DNA of 64,000 nt. Origin: Selaginella moellendorffii (Eukaryota; Plantae; Lycopodiophyta). The first letter of the stretch is position 1. Every line of letters begins with the position of its first letter. The notes under the pieces are model-generated. The model ran no database searches, was not told where the DNA came from, and worked only from the letters and a program-made list of their open reading frames with translations. Of the stretch, positions 14,272 through 23,976 are shown piece after piece. The stretch lies in NCBI RefSeq assembly GCF_000143415.4, contig NW_003314272.1, positions 2,319,728 through 2,383,727 on the forward strand. Reading direction: 5' to 3'. A program made the position numbers and the translations under genes.

Positions 14272-14786
14272 TGATCTTGGATACCCGTAAGTACTTTTTC
14301 CTTTCTACATTTTGTTTCTTCCGATCAATAACGCAGTGCTTTTTCATTCAGCAGCGAAGACCCACTCACTGATTCGCAGGAGGGTACAATGTAAAGTAAC
14401 AAAAAGCTGGTTTTTTTCCTCTATCAGCATTAAAGTTCTTGTTTGTTCTTTTCCTTCTTTTCGTAGCAGACTTTACGGACAAAGATGACAAACAGTGGTA
14501 AGCAAAGCTCTTGTTTTTATGTTTCCAGCAGCATTGAAAGCTCTGTTACAGTCTCTGTGACGAACTATTCCTCCGGCGCAGCTTGTCCTCTAGCAGCACC
14601 GTCGAGTGGAGGCGACCTCCTTTCCTTTCCTACACAGCTTTTACGATTGCAATCGATTCACTTCCATCACTCGAGGTAGCTTTCCAGATCCTAAGACGAC
14701 AAACTCGTAGCAAAGACTTTTTTGCAGAAACTTTCCAGGCAATCTAGCAACTGGATCCATGGACTCACACTCGACACTCTGCTCGA

Positions 14787-15653
14787 CTACTCCTCGCTCA
14801 GAAGCCTCGTGAGAACCGGAGCCAGGATCTGAGGATGCGTGACGTGCGGGAGGTGTCCGCGGGCATCCAGGATCTCGAGCTCCCCTCCCAGCTGCTGGTG
14901 GAGATACTTGGCCACGGCTTGCGGCACCGCGAAATCCTCCTTGGTCTGGATAACATGGCACGGCACAGTGACGAGCGACAGTACTTTGCGAAGGTCGCTC
15001 TTGAAGATGGTCTCGGCTATGAGCAGCATGAAGTCGGGCTTTACGACGGACAGGAAGGCCATGTAGCGCTGGATACATTCTTCGCTCGCCTCGGGTCCCA
15101 GAGCGGCAGGGGCGAATCCTTGCAGCCACGAGGCATGGTCTCGCTTGATCGCGGCCAGGAGCTCGTCAACGTCCTGCTGCTCGAAGCCTCCCTCGTAGCC
15201 AGCGTCATTGATGTACCTGGATGGAGCAAGATCAATCGAGGACTTTGAAGGGAACTTCGAAGAACAAGAGTAGCAGTAGTACCTGGGCGAAGCTCCGAGG
15301 AGGACGAGCTTGGAGAAGAGGTCGGGGCGAGCGGCGGCGGCGAGGCAGCCAATCAAGCCCGACATGGAGTGGCCGACGTAGAGGCACTTGCCGAGCTGGA
15401 GCTCGGACAGGATGGCGATGAGATCCTCGGCAAAGCCTTCCATGCTCCGGTACCTGGACGCATCAAAGTCATCGTCGCTAGTAGCTCCTCCATGGCCCCG
15501 GAGATCGTAGAGCAGCACGGAGTAGCGCGGCAAGAGATGCGGGAGGAGCCCCTCCCACGCGCCTTGGCTGGCTCCAAAGCCGTGGGAGAGGACCACGAGC
15601 TCTCGGCCTTGGCCGAGGATCCGGACGTTGTGGATCTTCGCCATAGTTGACAT
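14787..15653 (-). CDS. KAI2/D14-family alpha/beta hydrolase (divergent, DDK-like), one intron 15217-15282
   Basis: HNVRILG, LSHGFG, GHSMS (Ser), ASPRY, EDFAVP (Asp), GHLPH (His); intron at the conserved SPR|Y position. Confidence 0.92.
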   Translation of the reverse strand: MSTMAKIHNVRILGQGRELVVLSHGFGASQGAWEGLLPHLLPRYSVLLYDLRGHGGATSDDDFDASRYRSMEGFAEDLIAILSELQLGKCLYVGHSMSGLIGCLAAAARPDLFSKLVLLGASPRYYCYSCSSKFPSKSSIDLAPSRYINDAGYEGGFEQQDVDELLAAIKRDHASWLQGFAPAALGPEASEECIQRYMAFLSVVKPDFMLLIAETIFKSDLRKVLSLVTVPCHVIQTKEDFAVPQAVAKYLHQQLGGELEILDARGHLPHVTHPQILAPVLTRLLSEE

Positions 15654-15747
15654 CGTTCGAGCTTGGAAATGCAAACGCTCTAGACTTCTTCTCCGGAAAG
15701 CTTGGGCTCTTGGAACTTGGAAAATGCAAAGCTCTAGAGTGGTACAC

Positions 15748-15768
15748 TCTTCTTCTTCTTCTTCTTCT
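15748..15768. repeat. (CTT)n microsatellite
   Basis: Run of CTT units. Confidence 0.7.
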
Positions 15769-16496
15769 CTACCCTGTTCTAGAGAGTGCTAGCCAGGCCC
15801 CGCTACTTATATACTCGGGAAGAGGAAGAAACTTCTGCTAAGTGGTGGTCCATGATCATTGATCCGCAAAAATGGCCAAAAACAAATAGCGCTGGCTAAA
15901 GGGGGTGGCGATGGTTTTAAGCGGCAAAATGGAAAGGAGAATACGATAGAAGGGAGGAGGAATTGCGAGACTAGAAAGAAACGTGTAGCTGTGTAGCTTG
16001 GCACCGTCTGACCTTGCTAGCCAAAAGACAAGCATCACACACCAAACCATTTGGGTCCCTCCTCTCTTGGAGGAGAAAAGGTGGGGCGTGTCCCAATCGC
16101 CAAAAGCTTCCCATTTGGAAGGGATGGTGGCAGGAAGATGATGGCCAATTCAATGCACAGGAATCCAGGCGTCGTGGCTCAGATGGATTGTCTGCTCGTT
16201 CTTTCCTTTTTGTATTCCTTGGTTTGGATTCAAGGCCTTGTTTGTTCTTCCAATTCTCTCTTGAAAGCCAAAAGCGAGCGCGCTGCACATGTTCCACTGT
16301 CTGCTCGCTCGCCAGCGAGTTTCTTTAATCCGCGGTTGGATCAGAGCGCATGAATCGCCAAAAGAATTGTTAGTTCGTTTGCATGTCAAGATCAAGCGTA
16401 ATCACAGACATATTCTGACTTTGATCAGCGAAAAGCTGTCAACCAACGCTTCGAGAGAGAAAAAAAATCCCACAAAAAAAAAGAGTAAGAACACAG

Positions 16497-16519
16497 GAGA
16501 GAGAGAGAGAGAGAGAGAG
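16497..16519. repeat. (GA)n microsatellite
   Basis: About 11 GA units. Confidence 0.8.
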
Positions 16520-16532
16520 TATTTTCTCTATA

Positions 16533-17018
16533 CTACTGGATGTACGGAATCGCGCTACCATCTTCGTACACCTTAGGAGCGGCGCCGCCACCACCACCTC
16601 CGCCATTGCTCCGCTTCTCTTTGGGCTCGTCGTCCTTGCCATAGATCCCGCCACCGTACGCCTCTTTCGTCACCGGCACAATGGGCGAGATGGTGGTGGT
16701 GGAGGACGACGATGTCTTGGACATTGCCGATTCCAGCGAGTCCTCCCTCTGGAGCCCGCCGCCAACGCCATCGCTGCTGCCTTGGATCCCACTCCCGCCC
16801 CTCTTGATCTCCTCCTCGTCGCCCTTGCGCGGCTGCGGGGCCTTGGGGGGGAAGCTCTTCTTTGCTGCCGTGAGCCCCGCCGAGGAGGCGGTGGAGATGT
16901 CGGTCCTGTCCACCGTGGAGCCCGTGGCGATGCCCGGGCCGAGCTCCGAGTTGTCCAGCCGCGTCTCCACGCTCACTGCGGCGGCATTGGGAGCCGAGTC
17001 CTCTCTGTGTGGCTGCAT
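16533..17018 (-). CDS. Small hydrophilic, LEA-like uncharacterised plant protein
   Basis: Disordered Gly/Ser/Glu-rich ORF with SPIVPVTKEAYGGGIYG and a terminal YIQ, resembling a conserved small plant family; G-box array upstream. Confidence 0.65.
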   Translation of the reverse strand: MQPHREDSAPNAAAVSVETRLDNSELGPGIATGSTVDRTDISTASSAGLTAAKKSFPPKAPQPRKGDEEEIKRGGSGIQGSSDGVGGGLQREDSLESAMSKTSSSSTTTISPIVPVTKEAYGGGIYGKDDEPKEKRSNGGGGGGGAAPKVYEDGSAIPYIQ

Positions 17019-17253
17019 TGCGCCTCCTATACACGCGATTCGCGAATCCAAGCGTTGGAACAGGACGATTGGGAGAGATCTTACCTTGTCCTAGATTCGA
17101 TCGATGCGAGGATCACGCGAGAGAGCTACCGCCAAAAAACTCGAGATGATCTCACCTTGTTTGCTCCTTGTCGCGCTATCCAACAATGGAATAACCCTAT
17201 AGCTTCATCTTCGGCCAAGTGGTCTCTCTTCAATGCGCCTCATGTACCGCGAC

Positions 17254-17380
17254 CACGTGTCCAAAGCACGATTCAACCAAAATTTTCCACGTGTTGGCGC
17301 CCGACTCACCAACATGTTGACACGTGCCAAAGTGCGATTCACCAGACATTGCGCCACGTGTCAGCCCGCGATTCACCAAT
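17254..17380 (-). promoter_or_regulatory. Array of four G-box/ABRE elements in 33-34 bp degenerate tandem units
   Basis: CACGTG at 17254, 17288, 17321 and 17355, each followed by CGA(T/C)TCA(A)CCA. Confidence 0.7.
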
Positions 17381-20300
17381 AATCTCCACACGAGCATTTC
17401 CCGCCCTCGAAGACATGAAACCTCCTGGCGTCGCGGCACACGATCCGGCGCCGCTCCATCCGCGACGCGACGGCGCTCACCGCGTGGCAATCGCCGCACA
17501 CGCGCAGGTTCTTCCCGATCCGGATCGTCGTCCCGGGCGGCGAGCTCACCAGCGCGCACGCCATGGCGATCCTCTCGCTGTGCGAGCACAGGACGAAGCC
17601 CCTCTTGTCCTCCTCGCCAATGTTGTGCGCGATCCCGCCCACATCACCGCTCATCATCCAGCCCCTCATCTCCGCGAGCTTGGCCGCGATCGCGCGGTCG
17701 CCGCAGCCCACATCTCCAGCCCCAAACCGGTGGAGGATCCCCGTTTTATCATCGATCCACCAGCTCCGCCCACTTCTCCTCGGCGCGCCGCAGCTCCTCC
17801 CCAGCTCCTCGATCCGCGACTGCTCCTCCCACATACCCAAGCTCCCGTAGAGATTCGCCATGAGCGAGAATGCCGCGCCATCGCCCGGATCGATCGCCCG
17901 CAGCGCGCCAAACGCGACCTCCGCCACGGCCGCGTTCTTCCACCGGCAGCACGCGGCCATCACCGCCGTCCACGTGGCCGTGTCGGCCTCGTACGGCATC
18001 CCCCGTACGGCGGCCACCGCGGCGTCCAGCCGGTTCGCGCGCGCCAGCATGTCCACCGTACACGTGTAGTGCTCCACGCCCGGGCGGAGTCCGTACTTCG
18101 TCTCCATCGCGCCGAGGAAGCCATGGCCGAGCTCCACCATCCCGGCGTGACTCAGCGCCGTGAGCACGCACAGGCAGCTCACCGCGTCGGGCGCGAGCTC
18201 CTCGTCGCGCATCGCGTGGAAGAGCTCCGCCACCGCGCGCCAATCGCCCTGGCGGGAGTGCGCCGCCATGAGAGCGTTCCAATCGATCAGCCGCCTCCTC
18301 GCCACGGCCTCGAAGCAGCGCCGCGCATCGGTCGTGCTGCCGCATTTGCCATACGCGTCCACCAGGCAGCTCTCCACCACGATCAGGAGGCCGTGCCGCG
18401 AGATCTCGCCATGGATCGCCCGGCAGCCCCTCAGATCCACCAGGCTCGAGCACGCCTTGAGCGCCGCCACGAATCCGGCACCGCCCTCCACCGCTAAAAA
18501 TCTCTCCTTGATCCGCCAGAAGAGCTCCAGAGCCAGCTCCCCTTCGTTGTTCTCAGCGTAGCCCCGGACAAGCGAAGCACACGAAGCCGCGCTGTGGAGC
18601 TTCATCGCGTCAAACACCCCCCGGGCGCTTGTCATGCTCCCACACTTCGCGTAGAGATCGACCACCGTGTTTGCAACCACGAGGTCGAGCTCGCCACCAC
18701 CACCAAACTTCGCTCGAGCTCGTGAGTGGATCGCCATGGCCTTGTCCAGCGACCGGAGCTTCACGAACTTGTCATCGTCGATCTCCTTGCCAGCTTCTTT
18801 GGCAGCGGCAGCAGCACAGGCCTTGAGCACAGCGACGAAGGTGACTGGATTTGGCTCGAGCTGGAGTTGGAGCTCCATACTTTCGAACAGATCTAGCGCC
18901 ATCTCTTCGTCTCCATTCTCCGTGCAGCCGTTGAGCATGACCGTCCACGATACTGTGCTGTGAGCCTCCATCCTGTCGAACACCATGCGGGCGTCTAGCA
19001 AGCTTCCACACTTGGAGTAGGCGTCGACCAGAGTGCTCTCCAAGGTGATGTCCAGCTCAACCTCGCATCTCGCAGCTTCCCTGTGGATCTCCATGCATTT
19101 CTCCAGGCTCTCCAGTTTCGCCACCTTTGCGTCGGTGCTTTCTCGTGCAGCCAAGCCGATGCACGCCTTGAGAGCAGCGACGAACGCCGGAGAACTCGTT
19201 TGAGCGCTGCTTGAGCCGAATATCGCAGCAAAGAGATCCAGTGCTAGCCTCTCCTCTCCGTTGTCTACGTATCCCAGCATCAGCACAGTCCAAGGCACTG
19301 AATCTCTCGGCCTCGCCCTCTCCAAAACTCTGCGAGCGTCTTCCAAGGCTCCACACTTCGCGTACATGTCGATCAGCGTGCTTGTGACGAACTTGTCCTT
19401 CTCAAACCCCCTGTCCCTTGCCTGAGCATGAATGCTAGTGCCTCTTTCCAGAGCCTCCCCCTTGAGAGGCCTCCCATTCCCGTCGTGAGTCGTTGCTAGA
19501 GTTGCGCAAGCCTTGATAGCAGCAACAAAGCTGGTATCATTTGGTGCGAAATCTTCTGTCAACCGAGCCAGTAGATCGAAAACCAGGTGAGTTTCACCGT
19601 TCTCTACGTATCCCAGGATCAAAGAGTTCCACGACACAACGTCCCTGTGTTGCATCCTGTCAAAGACGAGGCGAGCGTCAAGCATGCTCCCACATTTCCC
19701 ATACAAATCTACCAGAGAGCTTTGCAGGAAGATGTCCGATAAGTAGCCACTGCTTGCCGCCTGGGAATGAATAGCCATGGCCTTCTCCAAAGCTCTGATC
19801 CTGACAGTCCCCCTGTTATCCATTCCGACTAGCTTGCCTTCCTCCTCAAGTGCCAGAAACGAGCAAGCCTTGACTGCTCCGGCGAAAGTCGGCGCATTTG
19901 CTAGCGTTTCCATGTGTAGAAACAGCTCAAGCGCGAGCTCAGGCCTGCTGTTCTCTGCGTAGCCCAGGATCAAAGCCGTCCATGAAACCACGTCGTGGAA
20001 ATCCATCTTGTCAAACACGGCCCGAGCGTCCCTCAAGCTCCCACACTTTGCATAGACATCGACCAGGGTGCTAGACAAGAAAACGTCGTCACAACCAGCG
20101 CTAGCAACATGAGAATGAACAACCATACCTCGCTCCAGAGACTTCAGCTTGACCAGCTCCCCGGCTACCGGCTTGCCATATTCGTCGCCTGCCAAAGAAG
20201 CACAGATTTTGAGCACGCTGACAAAAGTTCGAGGACATGGAGGACAACCTTGATCTCTCATGGCTACGTAGAGCTCGAGCCCCAGCTCCCCCTGCCCGTT

Positions 20301-21068
20301 CTCGCCATATCCGAGCAGCAGCGAGTTCCACGAGACAACGTCGTGGCACTCCATCCGGTCGAAAACTCGCCGAGCATCACTCATGCTGCCACACTTGGAA
20401 TACACGTCCACCAGTGTGTTTGCAACGAAGATGTCCTCCAAACACCCTTTCAATCCCGCTGCCTGGGAGTGAATCTCCATTCCTTTGCTCAGAGACTCCA
20501 GCTTCACACCAAAAGCTTCTACTTCTTCTTCATCGTTGTTGTCTTGCTCCTTTCCACGGTCTAGAACTTGTGTGATCGATTCTTTTGCCGCGAGGATGGA
20601 GCAGGCCTTCATAGCAGCACCAAAAGTTCGAGGATTTGGAGAGTATCCTTGTTCTTGCATGGCCGAGAAGACCTTCAAGGCCATCTCTGCTTGGCCATTC
20701 TCCACATATCCCTGTATCAGTGCGTTCCACGACACCACTGTCTTGTGTAGTCCCATCCCCGCGAAAACCTTTCTAGCGTCCACCAGGCTTCCACACTTTG
20801 CATACATGTCCACCAAGCTGTTCGCCACGAAGGCGTTCGTCTCGAATCCTCGGCCTCCTCCAGATAATCGGGCATGAAGTCTCCTCCCTCTCTCCAAATC
20901 CCTGGATCGGCTACAGGCTTTGATCTCCGCAAGGATCTCGGCGATGGATCTCGGAGATAATTCGAGAGAGCTCGTTCGTGAGCTCGAGAAGCGGACAGAG
21001 AATGAAGAGCTGCTACTGGAAAATGTAAGACTCACATTGTGATTCCAGCGCTTCCAGGACGATTGCAT
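17373..21068 (-). CDS. PLS-class PPR-DYW RNA editing factor (WW-type DYW, elongated L motifs), 1231 aa
   Basis: Repeated LVDMYAKCGSL..AR.VF / VVSWN motifs; GRSWW in place of the PG box; HSERIA...CGDCH; terminal CSCGDYW. Confidence 0.95.
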   Translation of the reverse strand: MQSSWKRWNHNVSLTFSSSSSSFSVRFSSSRTSSLELSPRSIAEILAEIKACSRSRDLERGRRLHARLSGGGRGFETNAFVANSLVDMYAKCGSLVDARKVFAGMGLHKTVVSWNALIQGYVENGQAEMALKVFSAMQEQGYSPNPRTFGAAMKACSILAAKESITQVLDRGKEQDNNDEEEVEAFGVKLESLSKGMEIHSQAAGLKGCLEDIFVANTLVDVYSKCGSMSDARRVFDRMECHDVVSWNSLLLGYGENGQGELGLELYVAMRDQGCPPCPRTFVSVLKICASLAGDEYGKPVAGELVKLKSLERGMVVHSHVASAGCDDVFLSSTLVDVYAKCGSLRDARAVFDKMDFHDVVSWTALILGYAENSRPELALELFLHMETLANAPTFAGAVKACSFLALEEEGKLVGMDNRGTVRIRALEKAMAIHSQAASSGYLSDIFLQSSLVDLYGKCGSMLDARLVFDRMQHRDVVSWNSLILGYVENGETHLVFDLLARLTEDFAPNDTSFVAAIKACATLATTHDGNGRPLKGEALERGTSIHAQARDRGFEKDKFVTSTLIDMYAKCGALEDARRVLERARPRDSVPWTVLMLGYVDNGEERLALDLFAAIFGSSSAQTSSPAFVAALKACIGLAARESTDAKVAKLESLEKCMEIHREAARCEVELDITLESTLVDAYSKCGSLLDARMVFDRMEAHSTVSWTVMLNGCTENGDEEMALDLFESMELQLQLEPNPVTFVAVLKACAAAAAKEAGKEIDDDKFVKLRSLDKAMAIHSRARAKFGGGGELDLVVANTVVDLYAKCGSMTSARGVFDAMKLHSAASCASLVRGYAENNEGELALELFWRIKERFLAVEGGAGFVAALKACSSLVDLRGCRAIHGEISRHGLLIVVESCLVDAYGKCGSTTDARRCFEAVARRRLIDWNALMAAHSRQGDWRAVAELFHAMRDEELAPDAVSCLCVLTALSHAGMVELGHGFLGAMETKYGLRPGVEHYTCTVDMLARANRLDAAVAAVRGMPYEADTATWTAVMAACCRWKNAAVAEVAFGALRAIDPGDGAAFSLMANLYGSLGMWEEQSRIEELGRSCGAPRRSGRSWWIDDKTGILHRFGAGDVGCGDRAIAAKLAEMRGWMMSGDVGGIAHNIGEEDKRGFVLCSHSERIAMACALVSSPPGTTIRIGKNLRVCGDCHAVSAVASRMERRRIVCRDARRFHVFEGGKCSCGDYW

Positions 21069-21152
21069 CTCCCCATGCCGATCGAGAACTTGGGGTTTAT
21101 AGTGTTTAGCTAGGTTAGCTCAAGCCCTAAATTTTTTCTACTGGTGAGCGCC

Positions 21153-22714
21153 ATGGAGGCGGACAAGGAGGCGTGCCAGGATCCTCGGCTGGAGCTCGCA
21201 CGTAAGCTCTTCTTGCTCTCAGCTCCGGAGATTCCAGACATCGAGAAGGTCCAGCTCAAGGAGGATGTGATTGCGGCAGCGAGAGAAGACGGTAAGAGAT
21301 TTCGGTGAGGTTTTGAGGGATTCCAGCCTCATGGCGGTGTGTAGATATGGCTGGCCCCTACGAGGGCTGGTGTCACAAGTTTGGGTGGGAGATCGATCAC
21401 GCGCTGCTGGCGAAAATGCGGGCCAAGATCGACGAGGAGGTCAGGAAGCTGGATGAGAAGTAAGTAGCTCGCGTTTCTGTCTCTTTGCTTGAATCAAACG
21501 CCTCGCATTCTCTTTTCTTCCTTAGAATCGCTGATGCCGAAGAGAACCTGGGAGAAAGTGAAGTTAGAGACGCTCTTTTGGCAAAAGCGCTGTTCTTCAT
21601 TCGTATTGGTGAGAAGGTAAGAAACGCACGATTTTTGTGGATTCGTTTAATTATTCTCTGTCTCTTTTTCTTGCCAGGAGCTGACGCTAGAGCAGCTGAA
21701 GATTACAGAGGCAAAAACTGTTGCCGTTGGTCACAAGATGGATCTCGTGTTTCACACACTAAGGCTGGCGTTCTTTTTCTTAGATTGTGATCTCATCTCC
21801 AAGAACATTGAGAAGGCTAAGAGGTGGGATGTTTGTGATTTTTTGTTTACTTGGAACTGACATGTTTGACCTCAGCTTGTTCGAGGAGGGCGGTGACTGG
21901 GAAAGAAAGAACCGCCTGAAAGTTTACGAGGGGCTCTACTGCATGGCGACCCGGAACTTCAAGAAAGCTGCGGAGTTGTTCCTGGACTCCATCTCCACGT
22001 TTACAACTTACGAGCTGTTCTCGTATGAAACTTTCGTCTTCTACAGCGTGGTGACAAGTATCATCTCCTTGGACCGCGTTGCTCTGAAGCAAAAGGTATG
22101 GATGAGCAGTTTGTAAGTATCTGTTCAGTACCTCATTTTCTTGCAGGTCGTGGATGCTCCGGAGGTTCTTACTGTCATTGAGAAGATTCCACATCTGTCG
22201 GATTTTCTAAACGCCTTCTACAATTGCCAGTACAAAACGTTCTTCTTCGCTTTCTGTAAGATCCTTGCCTGGCTTTTCTGTGTAGTAACTATTCTGCTGT
22301 TGCAGCTCGGCTTACAGAGCAAGTTCGTTTGGACCGCTATTTAGCGCCACATTTCCGATACTACATGAGAGAAGTGCGCAAGGTGGTCTATGCACAGTTC
22401 CTGGAGTCGTACAAAAGTGTGACAATGGACGCCATGGCCAAGGCTTTCGGAGTGAGCATAAGCTTCCTCGATACGTAAGTACCTCGGTTTCCTTCTCTTG
22501 GGACTCAAATCTAGCCTGGATTCTCTTTTCTTCTTACAGTGAGTTGTCACGTTTCATAGCCGAGGGGAAGCTGAACTGCAAAATTGACAAAGTGGCCGGT
22601 GTGCTAGAGACTAACAGACCCGACGCCAAGAATGCTCTCTACCAGTCCACCATCAAGCAGGGAGATTTCTTGCTGAACCGTATACAGAAGCTCTCAAGAG
22701 TCATCGATATATGA
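21153..22714 (+). CDS. RPN7: 26S proteasome non-ATPase regulatory subunit 6 (multi-exon)
   Basis: [72 protein letters not shown]. Confidence 0.95.
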
Positions 22715-22754
22715 AAGGTTCTGTTATTCACTTTTTGTCACACAGACATGTTTC

Positions 22755-23533
22755 TCAATCCAAGAGCGGACGGATAAATGGCAATGCCAAGACTTCCGGA
22801 CTAGCTTTCGCCCGAGATCCGCAGTCAAATGGTGGCTGGGGATCATACTCCACCAGCAGCTGAACTCCTTCTGCAATAACCTTGTCTTTCAGAAGAGCGG
22901 CGAGGTAGAGAGCCATGTCGATCCCCGACGAGACGCCGGCAGCAGTGATAATCTTCCCCTGAAGACAACACACCACAAGGTTGTGAAGCTTTTTCTCTCT
23001 AAGTTTTCTTGGAACACCTGACCTGCTGTATGTAGCGCTTTGCGGAGGCCTTGGCACCAAACTCCTCGAGCTTTTTGTAGGAGCTCCAATGCGTGGTACA
23101 CTCCAGTCCGGTGAGAAGTCCGGCAGATCCTAAGATCAGCGCACCGGTGCAAACAGAAGTGGTGAACAGGGTCGTCTCGTGAGCCTGCAAGCAAAGAGCC
23201 CGTTTCCCAGCCGAGATGGACAAAGCTGCAGGCACTCACCTTGCGGATCCAGTCGAGAAGTGGCTTGTGCTGCAGCGGGATCTTGGTAGGAGGCCCACCA
23301 GGAACTACAATCACATCCGGATGTGGAACATCCTTGTACGACGCGGTGGCCCGGAGGCCCAGATGGGAATCCTGGGCCTCACCAGCCAAGATTAGACCCG
23401 GCTTGTCACTCACAAACACCACAGATACGCCGGGAACCGCGTTGAGAACTTCGTAAGGGCCAACAGCGTCGAGCGCCGTCAGGTGGTCGAAGATTGGAAT
23501 AGCCACTCGGAGAGATCTCTGTTGTTCCGCCAT
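22755..23533 (-). CDS. DJ-1/PfpI isocyanide (isonitrile) hydratase-like protein, copy A, 219 aa
   Basis: Exons 23533-23240, 23184-23023, 22958-22755; LDAVGP, VPGG, SVCTGA, TTHW, AGVSSGID, EYDPQPPFDCGS. Confidence 0.9.
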
Positions 23534-23976
23534 AGCTGGGCTGGTCAACTGAATGGTAGATCAATGAGTCTTTAAAGGACTTTTATTGATGAAGGTGGTC
23601 CACTTTTGTGAAATGAGCACGTTTGAAACCCCGGAAGTTGAGCCCAGATTGCTGACGCAGGACTTGAGATGACATTTGCATGTGAAAACTGTGCACAGTG
23701 AAGCAGAAGAGGATTGATTCGTTTGCTTGGAATTGAGCTATTAGCTGCCCTCACAAGTCTGATCAGGATGTGAATGTGAGGGATATGCTCACAACGCTTA
23801 ACTTCAACGTGATGACCAGTCTTCGGCAAGAGGTGTTTTGAATGTGGTGCCGGGGCAAGTGAATTCAAGCAGGTTATAAAGGAAATAACTGATGTCGGCC
23901 TGACTATTATCAGTGACGGCTTGGCTTAACAAGTTTCTATGATAACAATTCATTGCATGACTTAGGGCTGTCTGGG

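Noticed and set aside
17254-17380. CRISPR-like regular spacing
   Set aside because: Eukaryotic context, only short conserved motifs, no cas genes; better explained as a cis-element tandem repeat
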